Assembly: GCA_965207995.1 (NCBI GenBank)
Contig: OZ242299.1
Span: forward strand, 1,059,533-1,123,532
Length of the DNA: 64,000 nucleotides
From: Dehalococcoidia bacterium
Lineage (GTDB): Bacteria > Chloroflexota > Dehalococcoidia > SHYB01
Direction of reading: 5' to 3'
The notes beneath the pieces are model-generated. The model did no database searches and was not told the origin of the DNA. It was given only the letters and a program-made list of their open reading frames with translations. The translations under genes were made by a program, and so were the position numbers. Position 1 is the first letter of the stretch; each line of letters opens with the position of its first letter. This document shows positions 17,928 through 27,357 of this stretch, piece after piece.

Positions 17928-18776
17928 ATGACGTACGAAACGATCGACTACGAGATAGATGACAGCGCCGCCGTCATCACCCTGAACCGGCCGGAGGTGC
18001 TCAACGCCCAGAACGAGGCGATGAAGGACGAGCTTGCCGACGCCTTTCGCGCCGCCGACGCCGACGGGGACGTCCGCGTCGTGGTGTTGCGGGGGGCGGG
18101 CCGCGCCTTCTCCTCAGGCCACGACCTGAAGTCCTTTCCCCGCGACCCCCTCGCCTTCGGCGCCCCCTCGGCCGACAAGTGGTTCGAGGGCGACACCGAG
18201 ATGGTGCGCCGCATCTTCCACGAGGCGATCTTTCAGAAGTGCATGGCGGTCCACTACACCCGCAAGCCGACCATCGCCCAGGTGCACGGCTACTGCATCG
18301 CCGGCGGCTGGCTGCTGGCTTCGATGTGCGACCTCATCGTCGCCGCCGACGACGCCAGGTTCAGAGACCCCGTCGTGCTCATGGCCGCCGGCGGGCTCGA
18401 GCTGCTGGTCGAGCCCTGGGACGTGGGGGTGCGGAAGGCCAAGGAGCTCATGTGGACAGGCGACTACCTCGAAGCCGAGGAGGCGCACCGGCTCGGCCTG
18501 GTCAACCGGGTCGTCCCCCGCGACCGGCTCGACGAGGAGACGATGCGGATCGCGCGGAGGATCGCCCTGAGCCCGCCGGCTACCCTTCAGGCCACGAAGC
18601 GCTCCATCAACCGCATGCTCGACGGCATGGGCTGGCGCAAGAGCCACGAACAGCACTTCGAGACCTGGACTGCCGCGATGTTCACCGACGAGCACAAGGC
18701 TGGCCACGAGGGGATGAGCGCGAAGAACCTTAGGGCGTTCATTCAGAAGCGCGACGCGCCCTACGAGAAGCCTTAG
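17928..18776 (+). CDS. crotonase-fold protein, paralog 3 (tandem duplicate of paralog 2)
   Basis: Collinear with 17082..17921 over its whole length: AAVITLNRPEVLNAQN...GAGRAFSSGHD...AGGWLLASMCDLIVAA...ATLQATKRSINRMLDGMGWR. Confidence 0.85.
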   Translation: MTYETIDYEIDDSAAVITLNRPEVLNAQNEAMKDELADAFRAADADGDVRVVVLRGAGRAFSSGHDLKSFPRDPLAFGAPSADKWFEGDTEMVRRIFHEAIFQKCMAVHYTRKPTIAQVHGYCIAGGWLLASMCDLIVAADDARFRDPVVLMAAGGLELLVEPWDVGVRKAKELMWTGDYLEAEEAHRLGLVNRVVPRDRLDEETMRIARRIALSPPATLQATKRSINRMLDGMGWRKSHEQHFETWTAAMFTDEHKAGHEGMSAKNLRAFIQKRDAPYEKP

Positions 18777-19492
18777 CCGCCCGGCGTGTCAACCCGGGCG
18801 CGCATCCACTCCAGCACGTCGTCCATCGGCGCGACGCTGGCCACGTAGCGCCACATGTCGAAGAGCGACGCCTTGTGCGCCCAGACGTTCTTGTCGCAAA
18901 CCGCCTCCTCGACCACCACCACGCGAAAGTTCGCCGACACCGCGTCCGTCACCGAGGCGCGGACGCATCCGCTGGTGGCCGCCCCGACGAAGATCAGGGT
19001 GTCGACGCCGCGGTGCTGGAGCACCGGGACGAGGTAGGTGTTGGCGAACGCCGAGCTCGCCTTCTTCCAGATGATCGGCTCGCCGGGGCGGGGGGCGACG
19101 CGGGGGTCGATCTCCACCCACGGCTCCCCGTCGCGCAGGTACTCGGCCAGGCTGGGGAACTTCTCGCCGCGCACCCCGGCATCGCCGCCGCCCGCGGCGT
19201 AGCGGTCGCCGGTGAAGATGACCGGAATGCCCGATTCCCGCGCCGCGTCGATGACGCGGGCCGCCGCCGCGACGGCGCCGTCCGTGATCTCCTGGACGTG
19301 CTCCGACGCGCCGCGCACCCAGGGCTTCGGCTCGGGCGACACATAGCCGCGCTGCAGGTCGATGACAATGACGGCCGGCCGCTCGCCGCCTCGGTAGAAG
19401 TCGGCGCCGTAGCCGGCCTGAAGCTCTTCCGGCGTCACCGACTCGTGGATGTAGCGGACCATCGGGTCCGGTTTCAGGAAATTCAGGCTCAT
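18773..19492 (-). CDS. isochorismatase-family cysteine hydrolase, paralog 1
   Basis: Start MSLNFLKPDP at 19492 inside the longer track ORF. AVIVIDLQRGY (Asp) and GAATSGCVRASVTDA (Cys) fit the hydrolase triad. Confidence 0.85.
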   Translation of the reverse strand: MSLNFLKPDPMVRYIHESVTPEELQAGYGADFYRGGERPAVIVIDLQRGYVSPEPKPWVRGASEHVQEITDGAVAAAARVIDAARESGIPVIFTGDRYAAGGGDAGVRGEKFPSLAEYLRDGEPWVEIDPRVAPRPGEPIIWKKASSAFANTYLVPVLQHRGVDTLIFVGAATSGCVRASVTDAVSANFRVVVVEEAVCDKNVWAHKASLFDMWRYVASVAPMDDVLEWMRARVDTPGG

Positions 19493-20214
19493 GAGCCGGC
19501 CGCCCCGTTTCGCTCGCCGAATTCGGCCATCCAGTCGATGACGTCCTCCAGAGAGGCCACGGTGGCGATATAGCGCCAGAGGTCGAACAGGGTTGCCTTG
19601 TGCGCCCAGAGGCTCTTGTCGCAGACCGCCTGCTCGACCACGACGGTGCGGAAGTTGCCAGCGATCGCGTCTACCGCCGCCGCGCGCACGCAGCCGCTCG
19701 TCGCCGTGCCCGCGATGATGCACGTGTCGACCTTATATTGCACCAAGAGCGGGGCGAGGTAGGTGCCGAAGAACCCCGAGGCCGCCTGCTTCCAGACGAC
19801 GACCTCCCCGCTCCTAGGAGCGAGGCGCTCGTCGATCTCCACCCAGGGAAGGCCCTCCCGCATGTACGCCGCCAGATGAGGGAACTTCTCCCCGCGGACG
19901 CCGCAGTCACTGCCGTCGGGCAGGTACCGCGTTCCGGTGTAGAAGACGGGCAGGCCCGCCGTTCGCGCGGCCTCGATCAGCTGCCCCGTCGCGGCGGTCG
20001 CGCCGTCGATGAGCTCGGCGATACCCTCCGGCAGCCCCTTCACCCAAGGCTTCGGCTCGGGCGAAACGTAGCCGCGCTGCATGTCGATCACCAGCAGCGC
20101 GGGGCGTTCGCCCTTCCGGTAGAAGTCGTGGTCGGGCTCGCCGGCGGCCTCCTCCGGCGTCAGCGACGCGCTGATGTAGGCAATGTTCGGGTCGGGTTCG
20201 AGGAACTTGAGCAT
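19489..20214 (-). CDS. isochorismatase-family cysteine hydrolase, paralog 2
   Basis: MLKFLEPDPNIAY..ALLVIDMQRGY..GTATSGCVRAAAVDA. ATGA overlap with paralog 1. Confidence 0.85.
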   Translation of the reverse strand: MLKFLEPDPNIAYISASLTPEEAAGEPDHDFYRKGERPALLVIDMQRGYVSPEPKPWVKGLPEGIAELIDGATAATGQLIEAARTAGLPVFYTGTRYLPDGSDCGVRGEKFPHLAAYMREGLPWVEIDERLAPRSGEVVVWKQAASGFFGTYLAPLLVQYKVDTCIIAGTATSGCVRAAAVDAIAGNFRTVVVEQAVCDKSLWAHKATLFDLWRYIATVASLEDVIDWMAEFGERNGAAGS

Positions 20215-20288
20215 CGCGCGTGGGGCCTTCTCGCCGGAGGGTACGGGCAGTATACGCGAATAGGGGTTGCAACCCTGTCGATTGTAGG

Positions 20289-20297
20289 TGCTATAAT
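20289..20297 (+). promoter_or_regulatory. extended -10 promoter element (TGcTATAAT) upstream of the SBP operon
   Basis: tgctataat is a perfect TGnTATAAT in a GC-rich background, ~95 nt upstream of ATG 20394. A possible TTGCAA lies 19 nt upstream. Confidence 0.5.
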
Positions 20298-20339
20298 GCC
20301 CGACGCCTACGTGCCCTAGGTACGTGCGCTTGATTCTAT

Positions 20340-20350
20340 GGGGGGGGGGG
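20340..20350 (+). repeat. G11 homopolymer in the 5' leader of the SBP gene
   Basis: Eleven consecutive G. The tract can pair with CGCCCCCC at 20363-20370 to form an 8-bp all-GC hairpin. Confidence 0.9.
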
Positions 20351-20393
20351 CGCGTGTCTTTTCGCCCCCCGGAATGAGGAGAGAAAGCAGGTC

Positions 20394-22217
20394 ATGCGAA
20401 AGAAGCTCTTTACGATCCCGATTGTGCTGCTGGCCGTCGTGTTGGCGGTCGCCGCGTGCGGCGACGCCGACCCCACCGCGGCCCCGCAGCCTACCCCCGA
20501 GCCCCAGGTGGTCGAGGTTGTCGTCACCGCCACGCCCGACCCGGACGCACCGGCGGCGGCGACCGCCGAACCCGTGGAAGTCGTGGTCACCGCTACCCCT
20601 GGGCCGACCCCGACGCCAGCGCCGACTCCCGAGCCCGTAGAGGTCGTCGTAACCGCGACGCCAACCGCCGCTCCCGCGCCGGTAGCAGCCAACATCGTGG
20701 TCACGCTCGACACGCTCGAACGTGAGCTCTGGCTGCACCACTACGGCGGCTCGACGATGTTCAACCCGCGCCACACGATGAACGAGCAGCTCGCCGTCTG
20801 GACGCCCGGGTACACGGAAGCTCAGCTCGCGGAGTCGTGGGAGCTTTCCGGTGACTCCACCGTCCTCACGATCAAGCTGCGCGAGAACATCCCGTTCCAC
20901 GACGGCGATACGCTCGTCGCCGAAGACGTGGTCCGCACCTATTCCCTCATCTACGAAGAGGAAGCGAGCCACCAGGGCCTACGCACCATCCAGCCGCTCT
21001 TCGGCGACACCAAGGAGTCGCTCCTTGAGCACATCCGGGCCGTCGACGACAACACGGTCGAGATGCGGTCGGAGATTCCCTATGCGCAATGGCTCGAGTC
21101 GATCTTCGGCTCGACGAACACGCCGTACCTCGTAGTGAACTCCAGCTACCTCGACGCCGTGGGGGTCGACGAAGCCGCGGCGTCGCCGGTGGGCACCGGC
21201 CCGTTTGAATTCGACGAGCACAACCGCGGCGAGTCGATTCGCGTCCGGGCCGTCCAAGACCATTGGCGCCAGACCCCGTCGGTGGCGACCGTCACCTTCC
21301 AGATCGTTCCCCAATACGCCACGCAGCTGGCGCTCATCGCCTCGGGGCGGGCCGACATCATGAGCATCTCGCCCCTCCAGGTGGCGCAGGCTCGGAACGT
21401 CGGCGCACAACTGAAGGTCGACGACACCGGCTACAACGTCTGGTACGCCATCCGCGGCCTGATCCAGCCGGAGCACGATAACTACGACCCCACCGTGCCG
21501 TGGGTCGACGGCGACGACCCCGAGTCGGCGGCCAAGGTCCGCCTCGCGCTAAACTTGGCGATCGACCGCCAGTCGATCATCGACAACCTCTATGGCGGAA
21601 TCGGGACGCTGAACGGACTCGGCGCCTGCACCTTCCCCGGCCAGACGCACTGGTCCGGCACCTCCGAGCCTTACCCGTATGACTTGGAGCAGGCGAAGGC
21701 GCTCCTGGCCGAGGCCGGGTACGCGGACGGGTTCGACATTTCGATCGCGAACGTCGATCAACCGAGCGGGCCGGTCGGCCTGGCACTGCATGAAGCCGTC
21801 GCCGACTCCTGGCGCCAGTTGGGCCTGAACGTGACCAACGTTCCCGGCGAGTGGACGAACTTCAGGGAAATCCTGATCAACATCACGGATCCGGAGTTGA
21901 CCTACTACTGGTACTGCAACGCTAACTACGCCGATCCGATGGGGTACTACAACCTCTTCTACCACAAGCGCTTCCCGCTCTGGTTCGGCAGCGACGAGAT
22001 GCAGGTGAGGCTTGACGCCGCCAACGCGGCCCTGCTCCCCGACGAGCGGGCACCCCTCATCACGGCGGTCAACCAGTACATGTACGACAACCACTACTGG
22101 ATCCCGATGTTCGTCCTGCCCAAGCTCTACGCAACCTCCGTGCGGGTCGGCGAGTGGCCCTTGATTCCAGGACACCTGCGAGTCCACAACCTCGAATTCC
22201 TGCAGGTCAACCAGTAG
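20394..22217 (+). CDS. ABC transporter substrate-binding lipoprotein (family 5, peptide/opine/nickel type), SBP-1
   Basis: Signal plus lipobox MRKKLFTIPIVLLAVVLAVAAC, a Pro/Thr tether with 3x (P)VEVVVTATP, then a typical family-5 body (...PFHDGD..T..DV). Confidence 0.88.
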   Translation: MRKKLFTIPIVLLAVVLAVAACGDADPTAAPQPTPEPQVVEVVVTATPDPDAPAAATAEPVEVVVTATPGPTPTPAPTPEPVEVVVTATPTAAPAPVAANIVVTLDTLERELWLHHYGGSTMFNPRHTMNEQLAVWTPGYTEAQLAESWELSGDSTVLTIKLRENIPFHDGDTLVAEDVVRTYSLIYEEEASHQGLRTIQPLFGDTKESLLEHIRAVDDNTVEMRSEIPYAQWLESIFGSTNTPYLVVNSSYLDAVGVDEAAASPVGTGPFEFDEHNRGESIRVRAVQDHWRQTPSVATVTFQIVPQYATQLALIASGRADIMSISPLQVAQARNVGAQLKVDDTGYNVWYAIRGLIQPEHDNYDPTVPWVDGDDPESAAKVRLALNLAIDRQSIIDNLYGGIGTLNGLGACTFPGQTHWSGTSEPYPYDLEQAKALLAEAGYADGFDISIANVDQPSGPVGLALHEAVADSWRQLGLNVTNVPGEWTNFREILINITDPELTYYWYCNANYADPMGYYNLFYHKRFPLWFGSDEMQVRLDAANAALLPDERAPLITAVNQYMYDNHYWIPMFVLPKLYATSVRVGEWPLIPGHLRVHNLEFLQVNQ

Positions 22218-22247
22218 AGGCCACCACCGGCAACAGGCTGCGATACA

Positions 22248-23492
22248 TTGGAGATGCAAACGGAACGCCCCCGCGCGCGGGGGCGTTCCGGCATCTCTAG
22301 AGGTCCGCTCGCGGGCACCCGCGTCCTCGACCTGACGGGGCCGCCCGGTCAGCTGTGCGTCAAGATGCTGGCCGACGCCGGCGCCGACGTCATTAGCGTC
22401 GAGCCTCCCGGCGGCTCTCCCGCAAGGTCGCGTCCGCCGTTCATCGACGGCCTTTCCGGCCCGGACTCAAGCCTCTACTTCCTGCACTACAACGGGAACA
22501 AGCGGAGCATAACGTTGAACTTGGCCGCACCCGGCGGTCAGTACTTGTTCCGCCGCCTGATCCGCACCGTCGACGTCCTGGTGGAGACTCTGCCCCCCGG
22601 CTACCTCGACGACCTCGGGTTGACCCACGAGTCGCTCCGCGGGGAGAACCCGGGCCTCGTCCACACCAGCATCACGCACTTCGGCAGGTTGGGACCCTAC
22701 ACCGACTACCAGGGCAGCGACATGGTCTGCTTCGCCCTCGGCGGCGTCATGTCGCAGGCCGGCGAGCCGGGGTCGCCGCCCATCACGGCGCCCGGTGAGC
22801 TTGCCTACGCGCTGGCCGGCTCCTACGCCGCCGTCGGGACCAACGTGGCGCTCTTTCGGAGCCTCATGTCGGGGCGCGGCCAGATGGTCGAAGTCGCCGT
22901 CCACGAGGCCGCCGTCCACGTGGCGGGATACGCCGTCCCGATCTTCAGCGCCACGGGCCGGAAACCCTTCCGCCAGAGCTGGAAGCAGCGCCTCTTCGAC
23001 CTCTACGACGTCTATCCCTGCCGCGACGGCTACGCCCGCATCTTCATCATGCCCAGGAAGCACTGGCGCTCGCTGCTCGACTGGCTGGGAAACCCGGACG
23101 ACCTCGGCTCCGAGCTCTTCGAAGACCAGCAGCTCCGGTGGGAGAACAGCGAGCTCATCGATCCCTTCGTGGAGGGTCTGACGAGGCGCTACGACAAGGT
23201 CGACCTCTTTGAGGAAGGCCAGCGCCGGGGTATCACCGTCTCCCCGCTCAACACGCCGCGCGAGTTCGTCGAGAACGAGCAGACCGAAGCTCGAGGACTG
23301 TTCCGCAAGACGACGCATCGGGAGATCGGCGAGTACCGCCAGATGGGCTCCATGCACCGCTACAGCGGACTGCCGGACCCGGCTCCCGCTCCCGCCCCCA
23401 CCCCGGGCGAGCACAACCGCGAGGTCTATTGCGAAGAGCTCGGCCTGATGGCGACCGACCTCCCAAAGCTCGAAGAGGCCGGCGTGATATGA
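22248..23492 (+). CDS. family III CoA-transferase, paralog 6 (no Asp at the catalytic position)
   Basis: LAGTRVLDLTGPPGQLCVKMLADAGADVISVEPPGGSPARS. Active-site-equivalent segment LAYALAGSYAAVGTNVAL. Confidence 0.85.
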   Translation: MEMQTERPRARGRSGISRGPLAGTRVLDLTGPPGQLCVKMLADAGADVISVEPPGGSPARSRPPFIDGLSGPDSSLYFLHYNGNKRSITLNLAAPGGQYLFRRLIRTVDVLVETLPPGYLDDLGLTHESLRGENPGLVHTSITHFGRLGPYTDYQGSDMVCFALGGVMSQAGEPGSPPITAPGELAYALAGSYAAVGTNVALFRSLMSGRGQMVEVAVHEAAVHVAGYAVPIFSATGRKPFRQSWKQRLFDLYDVYPCRDGYARIFIMPRKHWRSLLDWLGNPDDLGSELFEDQQLRWENSELIDPFVEGLTRRYDKVDLFEEGQRRGITVSPLNTPREFVENEQTEARGLFRKTTHREIGEYRQMGSMHRYSGLPDPAPAPAPTPGEHNREVYCEELGLMATDLPKLEEAGVI

Positions 23493-24682
23493 GTACGACG
23501 GCTGATCGTTCTCTAGAAACCGAGCGCCCGCTGGAGGGCATCCGGGTGCTCTCGTTCACCGCCGGCGCGGCGGGCCCGACGTGCGCGAGCTGCCTCGCCT
23601 TCTTCGGCGCCGAGGTGCTGCACATCGAGTCCCGGATGCGCCCCGACGGCCACCGCGGCGGCCACAACCCCGATGCTTGGAACAAGACCCCCACCTTCAT
23701 CAAGCTGCACCGCAACCAGAAGAGCGTCACCATCAATTTGCGGGAAGCGGAGGGCGTCGCGCTCGCCAGAGACCTCGTCCGGATCAGCGACGTCGTCGTC
23801 GAGAACTTCTCCCTCGGCGTCCTCGCCAATTGGGGCCTCGGCTACGACGACCTTCGGCGCATCAGGCCGGACGTCGTGGCCGTCGGCCTCCGCGGCTTCG
23901 GCTCCACCGGCCCCTACGCCGGGTTCGCCAGCTATGGCCCCAACCTCGGCGCTTTTCTGGGGAACTCGTATCTGTGGAACTACCCCGGCGGCGGCACGCC
24001 GACGGCCGAGGCCCGCGTCCAGCACCCCGACTTCATGTCGGGAGTCTGCGCCGCATTCGCCGTGATGTCGGCGCTCATTCACCGGGCCCGCACCGGAGAG
24101 GGGCAGTGGATCGACGCCGGCGAGATCGACGTCGGCGCCCAGCCCCTCGGCCCCATCTACCTCGACTATCTCGTCAACGGCGCGGAGGCCCGCCCACAAG
24201 GGAACCGGACCGCATGGGCCCGGCACTCAGGCGTTTACCCCTGCCGCGGAGACGACCAATGGTGCGCTATCTCGGCAGAGACGGACGAGCAGATGGAACG
24301 GCTCATTGAGAGCATTGAGGGCGACCCTGAGAGCGCGGAGCAGCTCGACGAGCAGATCGAAGCCTGGACGCGCGCCCGTACCAAGTTCGAGGTCATGGAA
24401 CACCTCCAAGCGCGGGGCGTTCCAGCGGCGGCCGTCCAGGATGTCGAGGAAGTGCTCGCCGACCCGCACCTGCGGGCGCGGGGCTTCTTCGTCGGGCTCG
24501 AAGAGCCCGAAATGGGACTCGTCGAGGCCGAGGACTTTCCGGTCCAACTCTCAGATACCCCAGGGTGCTACGATGAGCACGCCCCGCTGCTGGGCCAGCA
24601 CACCGAGGAGGTCTGCGTCGCCCACCTCGGCATGGACCCCGGCGAGGTAACCAGACTCATGACGGAACGGAAGCTGTACTAG
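23489..24682 (+). CDS. family III CoA-transferase, paralog 7
   Basis: ATG 23489 overlaps the paralog-6 stop (ATGA). LEGIRVLSFTAGAAGPTCASCLAFFGAEVLHIE. Asp-type segment HPDFMSGVCAAFAVMSAL. Confidence 0.88.
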   Translation: MSTTADRSLETERPLEGIRVLSFTAGAAGPTCASCLAFFGAEVLHIESRMRPDGHRGGHNPDAWNKTPTFIKLHRNQKSVTINLREAEGVALARDLVRISDVVVENFSLGVLANWGLGYDDLRRIRPDVVAVGLRGFGSTGPYAGFASYGPNLGAFLGNSYLWNYPGGGTPTAEARVQHPDFMSGVCAAFAVMSALIHRARTGEGQWIDAGEIDVGAQPLGPIYLDYLVNGAEARPQGNRTAWARHSGVYPCRGDDQWCAISAETDEQMERLIESIEGDPESAEQLDEQIEAWTRARTKFEVMEHLQARGVPAAAVQDVEEVLADPHLRARGFFVGLEEPEMGLVEAEDFPVQLSDTPGCYDEHAPLLGQHTEEVCVAHLGMDPGEVTRLMTERKLY

Positions 24683-24704
24683 CCGGCGGGCCCGGAGTGA
24701 CGAT

Positions 24705-25505
24705 ATGAGCGAATCCCCCGTGCTCTACGAGAAGGCCGACCACGTGGTTACGATCACGATGAACCGGCCGGAGAAGAAGAACGCCATCAACATGGCGATG
24801 CGCGAGCGGCTGCTGGAGGCCTGGGCCACCTTCCGGGACGACGACGACGCCTGGGTGGCAATCCTGACCGGCACCGGCGACGCCTTTTCCTCCGGCGGCG
24901 ACCTCAAGGAGAACCTCGACAAGGCCGAAGGCCGGATGCGCGAACCCTGGCCCAGCGGGCGCGCGGTCAAAGCCCCCAGCGTCTATAGCGACTTCGTCTG
25001 GGAAGAAGGCGTCTACAAGCCCGTCATCGCCGCGGTCAACGGCTATGCGGGCGGGGGCGGCTTCGCGATGGCCTTGGGCTCCGACATCCGCATCGCCTCC
25101 GACAACGCCACCTTCGGCTGCGCCGCGGTTCGCTGGTCGCACATGGCGGGCGGACAGGCCCACATGCTGCCGCGCGTCGTGCCCTTGGGCTGGGCCTTCT
25201 GGCTCCTCTACACCGGCCAGATGATCGACGCCGCCCAGGCGCTCAGCATCGGTCTCGTGCAACAGGTGACCTCGCGGGACGACCTCTTGCCCGCGGCGAG
25301 GAGCCTCGCCAGCGTCATCTGCGTCAACGGGCCTCTCGTCGCCCAATATCACAAGGAATTCATCTACAAGAGCATGGACCAGCCCCTCAGCTCCGCCCGG
25401 TTCATGGAGCGCGTCCTCTACGAGCAGCTCCGCGGCAGGCCGGACTACAACGAGGGGACCAGGGCCTTCCTGCAGAAACGTCCGCCCGACTACGGCGGCA
25501 GTTAG
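24705..25505 (+). CDS. crotonase-fold protein, paralog 4
   Basis: VVTITMNRPEKKNAIN...ILTGTGDAFSSGGD...AAVNGYAGGGGFAMALGSDIRIA. Confidence 0.85.
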   Translation: MSESPVLYEKADHVVTITMNRPEKKNAINMAMRERLLEAWATFRDDDDAWVAILTGTGDAFSSGGDLKENLDKAEGRMREPWPSGRAVKAPSVYSDFVWEEGVYKPVIAAVNGYAGGGGFAMALGSDIRIASDNATFGCAAVRWSHMAGGQAHMLPRVVPLGWAFWLLYTGQMIDAAQALSIGLVQQVTSRDDLLPAARSLASVICVNGPLVAQYHKEFIYKSMDQPLSSARFMERVLYEQLRGRPDYNEGTRAFLQKRPPDYGGS

Positions 25506-25514
25506 GGCGCTACT

Positions 25515-26432
25515 TTGGGCAAGTTCATAGGCGGACGGCTGCTCCAATCGATAGTCGCCCTGTGGGTGATCACACTCGCCGTCTTCATCTTGGTCCGCCA
25601 GGCGGGCGACCCCATCACAAGCCTTCTCCCGCTGAATGCGCTGCCCGAGCAGCGCGAGGCGCTTCGAGAGAGAATCGGCTTGGACAAGTCCTACGTCGAG
25701 CAGTACTTCATCTATATGGGAGACCTGCTCCAAGCCGACTTCGGCGAGTCCAGATTTCTGAGGCAGGACGCATTGGATACGGCGTTGAGCAAGTTCCCCG
25801 CGACCTTGGAACTTGCCGGATTCAGCATGTTAGTCCTTTTGATTATCGCCGTGCCGGCTGGGGTCTATTCCGCCATGAATCGAGGGACGATAGGCGACCT
25901 TGTCGTGCGGTTTATCGCGGTCCTCGGGAACGCCTTCCCCTCGTTTTGGCTGGGGATCGTGTTCATTCTGGTGTTCGCCGTCTGGCTCAACTGGCTGCCG
26001 CCGGCAGGGAGGGGAGAGCCGGAAAACCTCGTCCTCCCCGTACTCACCCTGTCGTGGTTCCTCGCCGGCGGGCTCATGCGCGTGGTGCGGTCCAGCATGT
26101 TGGAAGTCATGGGGCGGGACTACGTCCGAACGGCCCGCGCCAAGGGCCTGTCGGACCGGTCGATCACGTGGCGCCACGTCTTCCGCAACGCCCTCCTCCC
26201 CATCACCACCTATGGCGGCATCCTGTTCCTGAATATGCTGACCGGCACGATCATCGTCGAGACCGTCTTCGGCTGGCCGGGCATGGGGCGAGAGGTCATC
26301 ACCTCGGTGACCCGGGCGGACTACCCGATGGTGCAGACCATCACCCTGCTGCTGGGGTTCATCTATGTCTTTGGAAACTTCTTCATCGACATCGCCTACT
26401 TCTATATCGATCCGCGGCTGCGCAGGGCCTGA
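25515..26432 (+). CDS. ABC transporter permease (DppB/OppB-like)
   Basis: TTG start. Multiple TM segments and the EAA-like loop YVRTARAKGLSDRSITWRHVFRNALLP. Confidence 0.88.
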   Translation: MGKFIGGRLLQSIVALWVITLAVFILVRQAGDPITSLLPLNALPEQREALRERIGLDKSYVEQYFIYMGDLLQADFGESRFLRQDALDTALSKFPATLELAGFSMLVLLIIAVPAGVYSAMNRGTIGDLVVRFIAVLGNAFPSFWLGIVFILVFAVWLNWLPPAGRGEPENLVLPVLTLSWFLAGGLMRVVRSSMLEVMGRDYVRTARAKGLSDRSITWRHVFRNALLPITTYGGILFLNMLTGTIIVETVFGWPGMGREVITSVTRADYPMVQTITLLLGFIYVFGNFFIDIAYFYIDPRLRRA

Positions 26433-26444
26433 CTTGGGGAACCG

Positions 26445-27335
26445 ATGACGGCGGCGCAAGCGGCTTCTTTGGAACGGCCCTCGGGATGGGACCGGACGCG
26501 CAGGATCGCGCGTTGGTGCCAGACCTGGTGGGCCGCCGTCCTCATCGCGGCGCTGGCGGTTGTCGCCATCTTCGCCCCCCTCATCGCCACCCACGACCCC
26601 ATCACCAACGCCCTTCCCGAAGCGCTGCGGGCGCCCTGGGGAATCGAAGGCGGCGGCTCCGACCACCTCCTCGGCACCGACCAGAACGGGCGGGACCTGT
26701 TCAGCCGCATCGTGTACGGCTCGCGGATCACACTCGGCGTCGCGCTGCTCACTATCAGCTTGAGTGCCGTACTTGGCAGCCTGTTGGGGCTCTTGGCCGG
26801 CTACCGGGGCGGGCTCACCGATACGGTCATCATGCGGTTTGCCGACGTCCTGCTCTCGCTGCCGATCTTCCTGCTGGCAATCGTGGTCGCCGCGGCGCTG
26901 GGACCCAGCCTCGAGAACGTCATCGGCATCATCGCGATCTTGCTCTGGCCCTATTTCACGCGGCAGATACGCGGTGAGACCCTGGCGCTCAGGAATCTCG
27001 AATACGTCGAGGCGTCGCGCGCACTGGGCGCCTCGGACCTAAGGATCATGCTCCGGCACCTCCTCCCCAACCTCGTGCCCAGCATCATCGTCTTCGCGAC
27101 GCTGCAGGCGAACCTCGTGATTGTGGCCGAAGCCTCGCTGAGCTTCCTGGGCGTCGGCGTGCCGCCGCCCGCGGTCAGCTGGGGACGCATGGTCTCCGAG
27201 GGCATCGACTTCGTGTACATCGCCTGGTGGGTGGCGGCGATCCCCGGCATCGCGATCTCGTTCGTCGTTCTGAGCGTCGCCTTCCTCGGCGACACCATGC
27301 GGGACCGGCTCGACCCAACCCTCCGGAACCGCTAG
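26445..27335 (+). CDS. ABC transporter permease (DppC/OppC-like)
   Basis: HLLGTDQNGRDLFSRIVYGSRITL and EYVEASRALGASDLRIMLRHLLPN motifs. Confidence 0.88.
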   Translation: MTAAQAASLERPSGWDRTRRIARWCQTWWAAVLIAALAVVAIFAPLIATHDPITNALPEALRAPWGIEGGGSDHLLGTDQNGRDLFSRIVYGSRITLGVALLTISLSAVLGSLLGLLAGYRGGLTDTVIMRFADVLLSLPIFLLAIVVAAALGPSLENVIGIIAILLWPYFTRQIRGETLALRNLEYVEASRALGASDLRIMLRHLLPNLVPSIIVFATLQANLVIVAEASLSFLGVGVPPPAVSWGRMVSEGIDFVYIAWWVAAIPGIAISFVVLSVAFLGDTMRDRLDPTLRNR

Positions 27336-27357
27336 CCCCGACTTGAATCCCTGAGAG

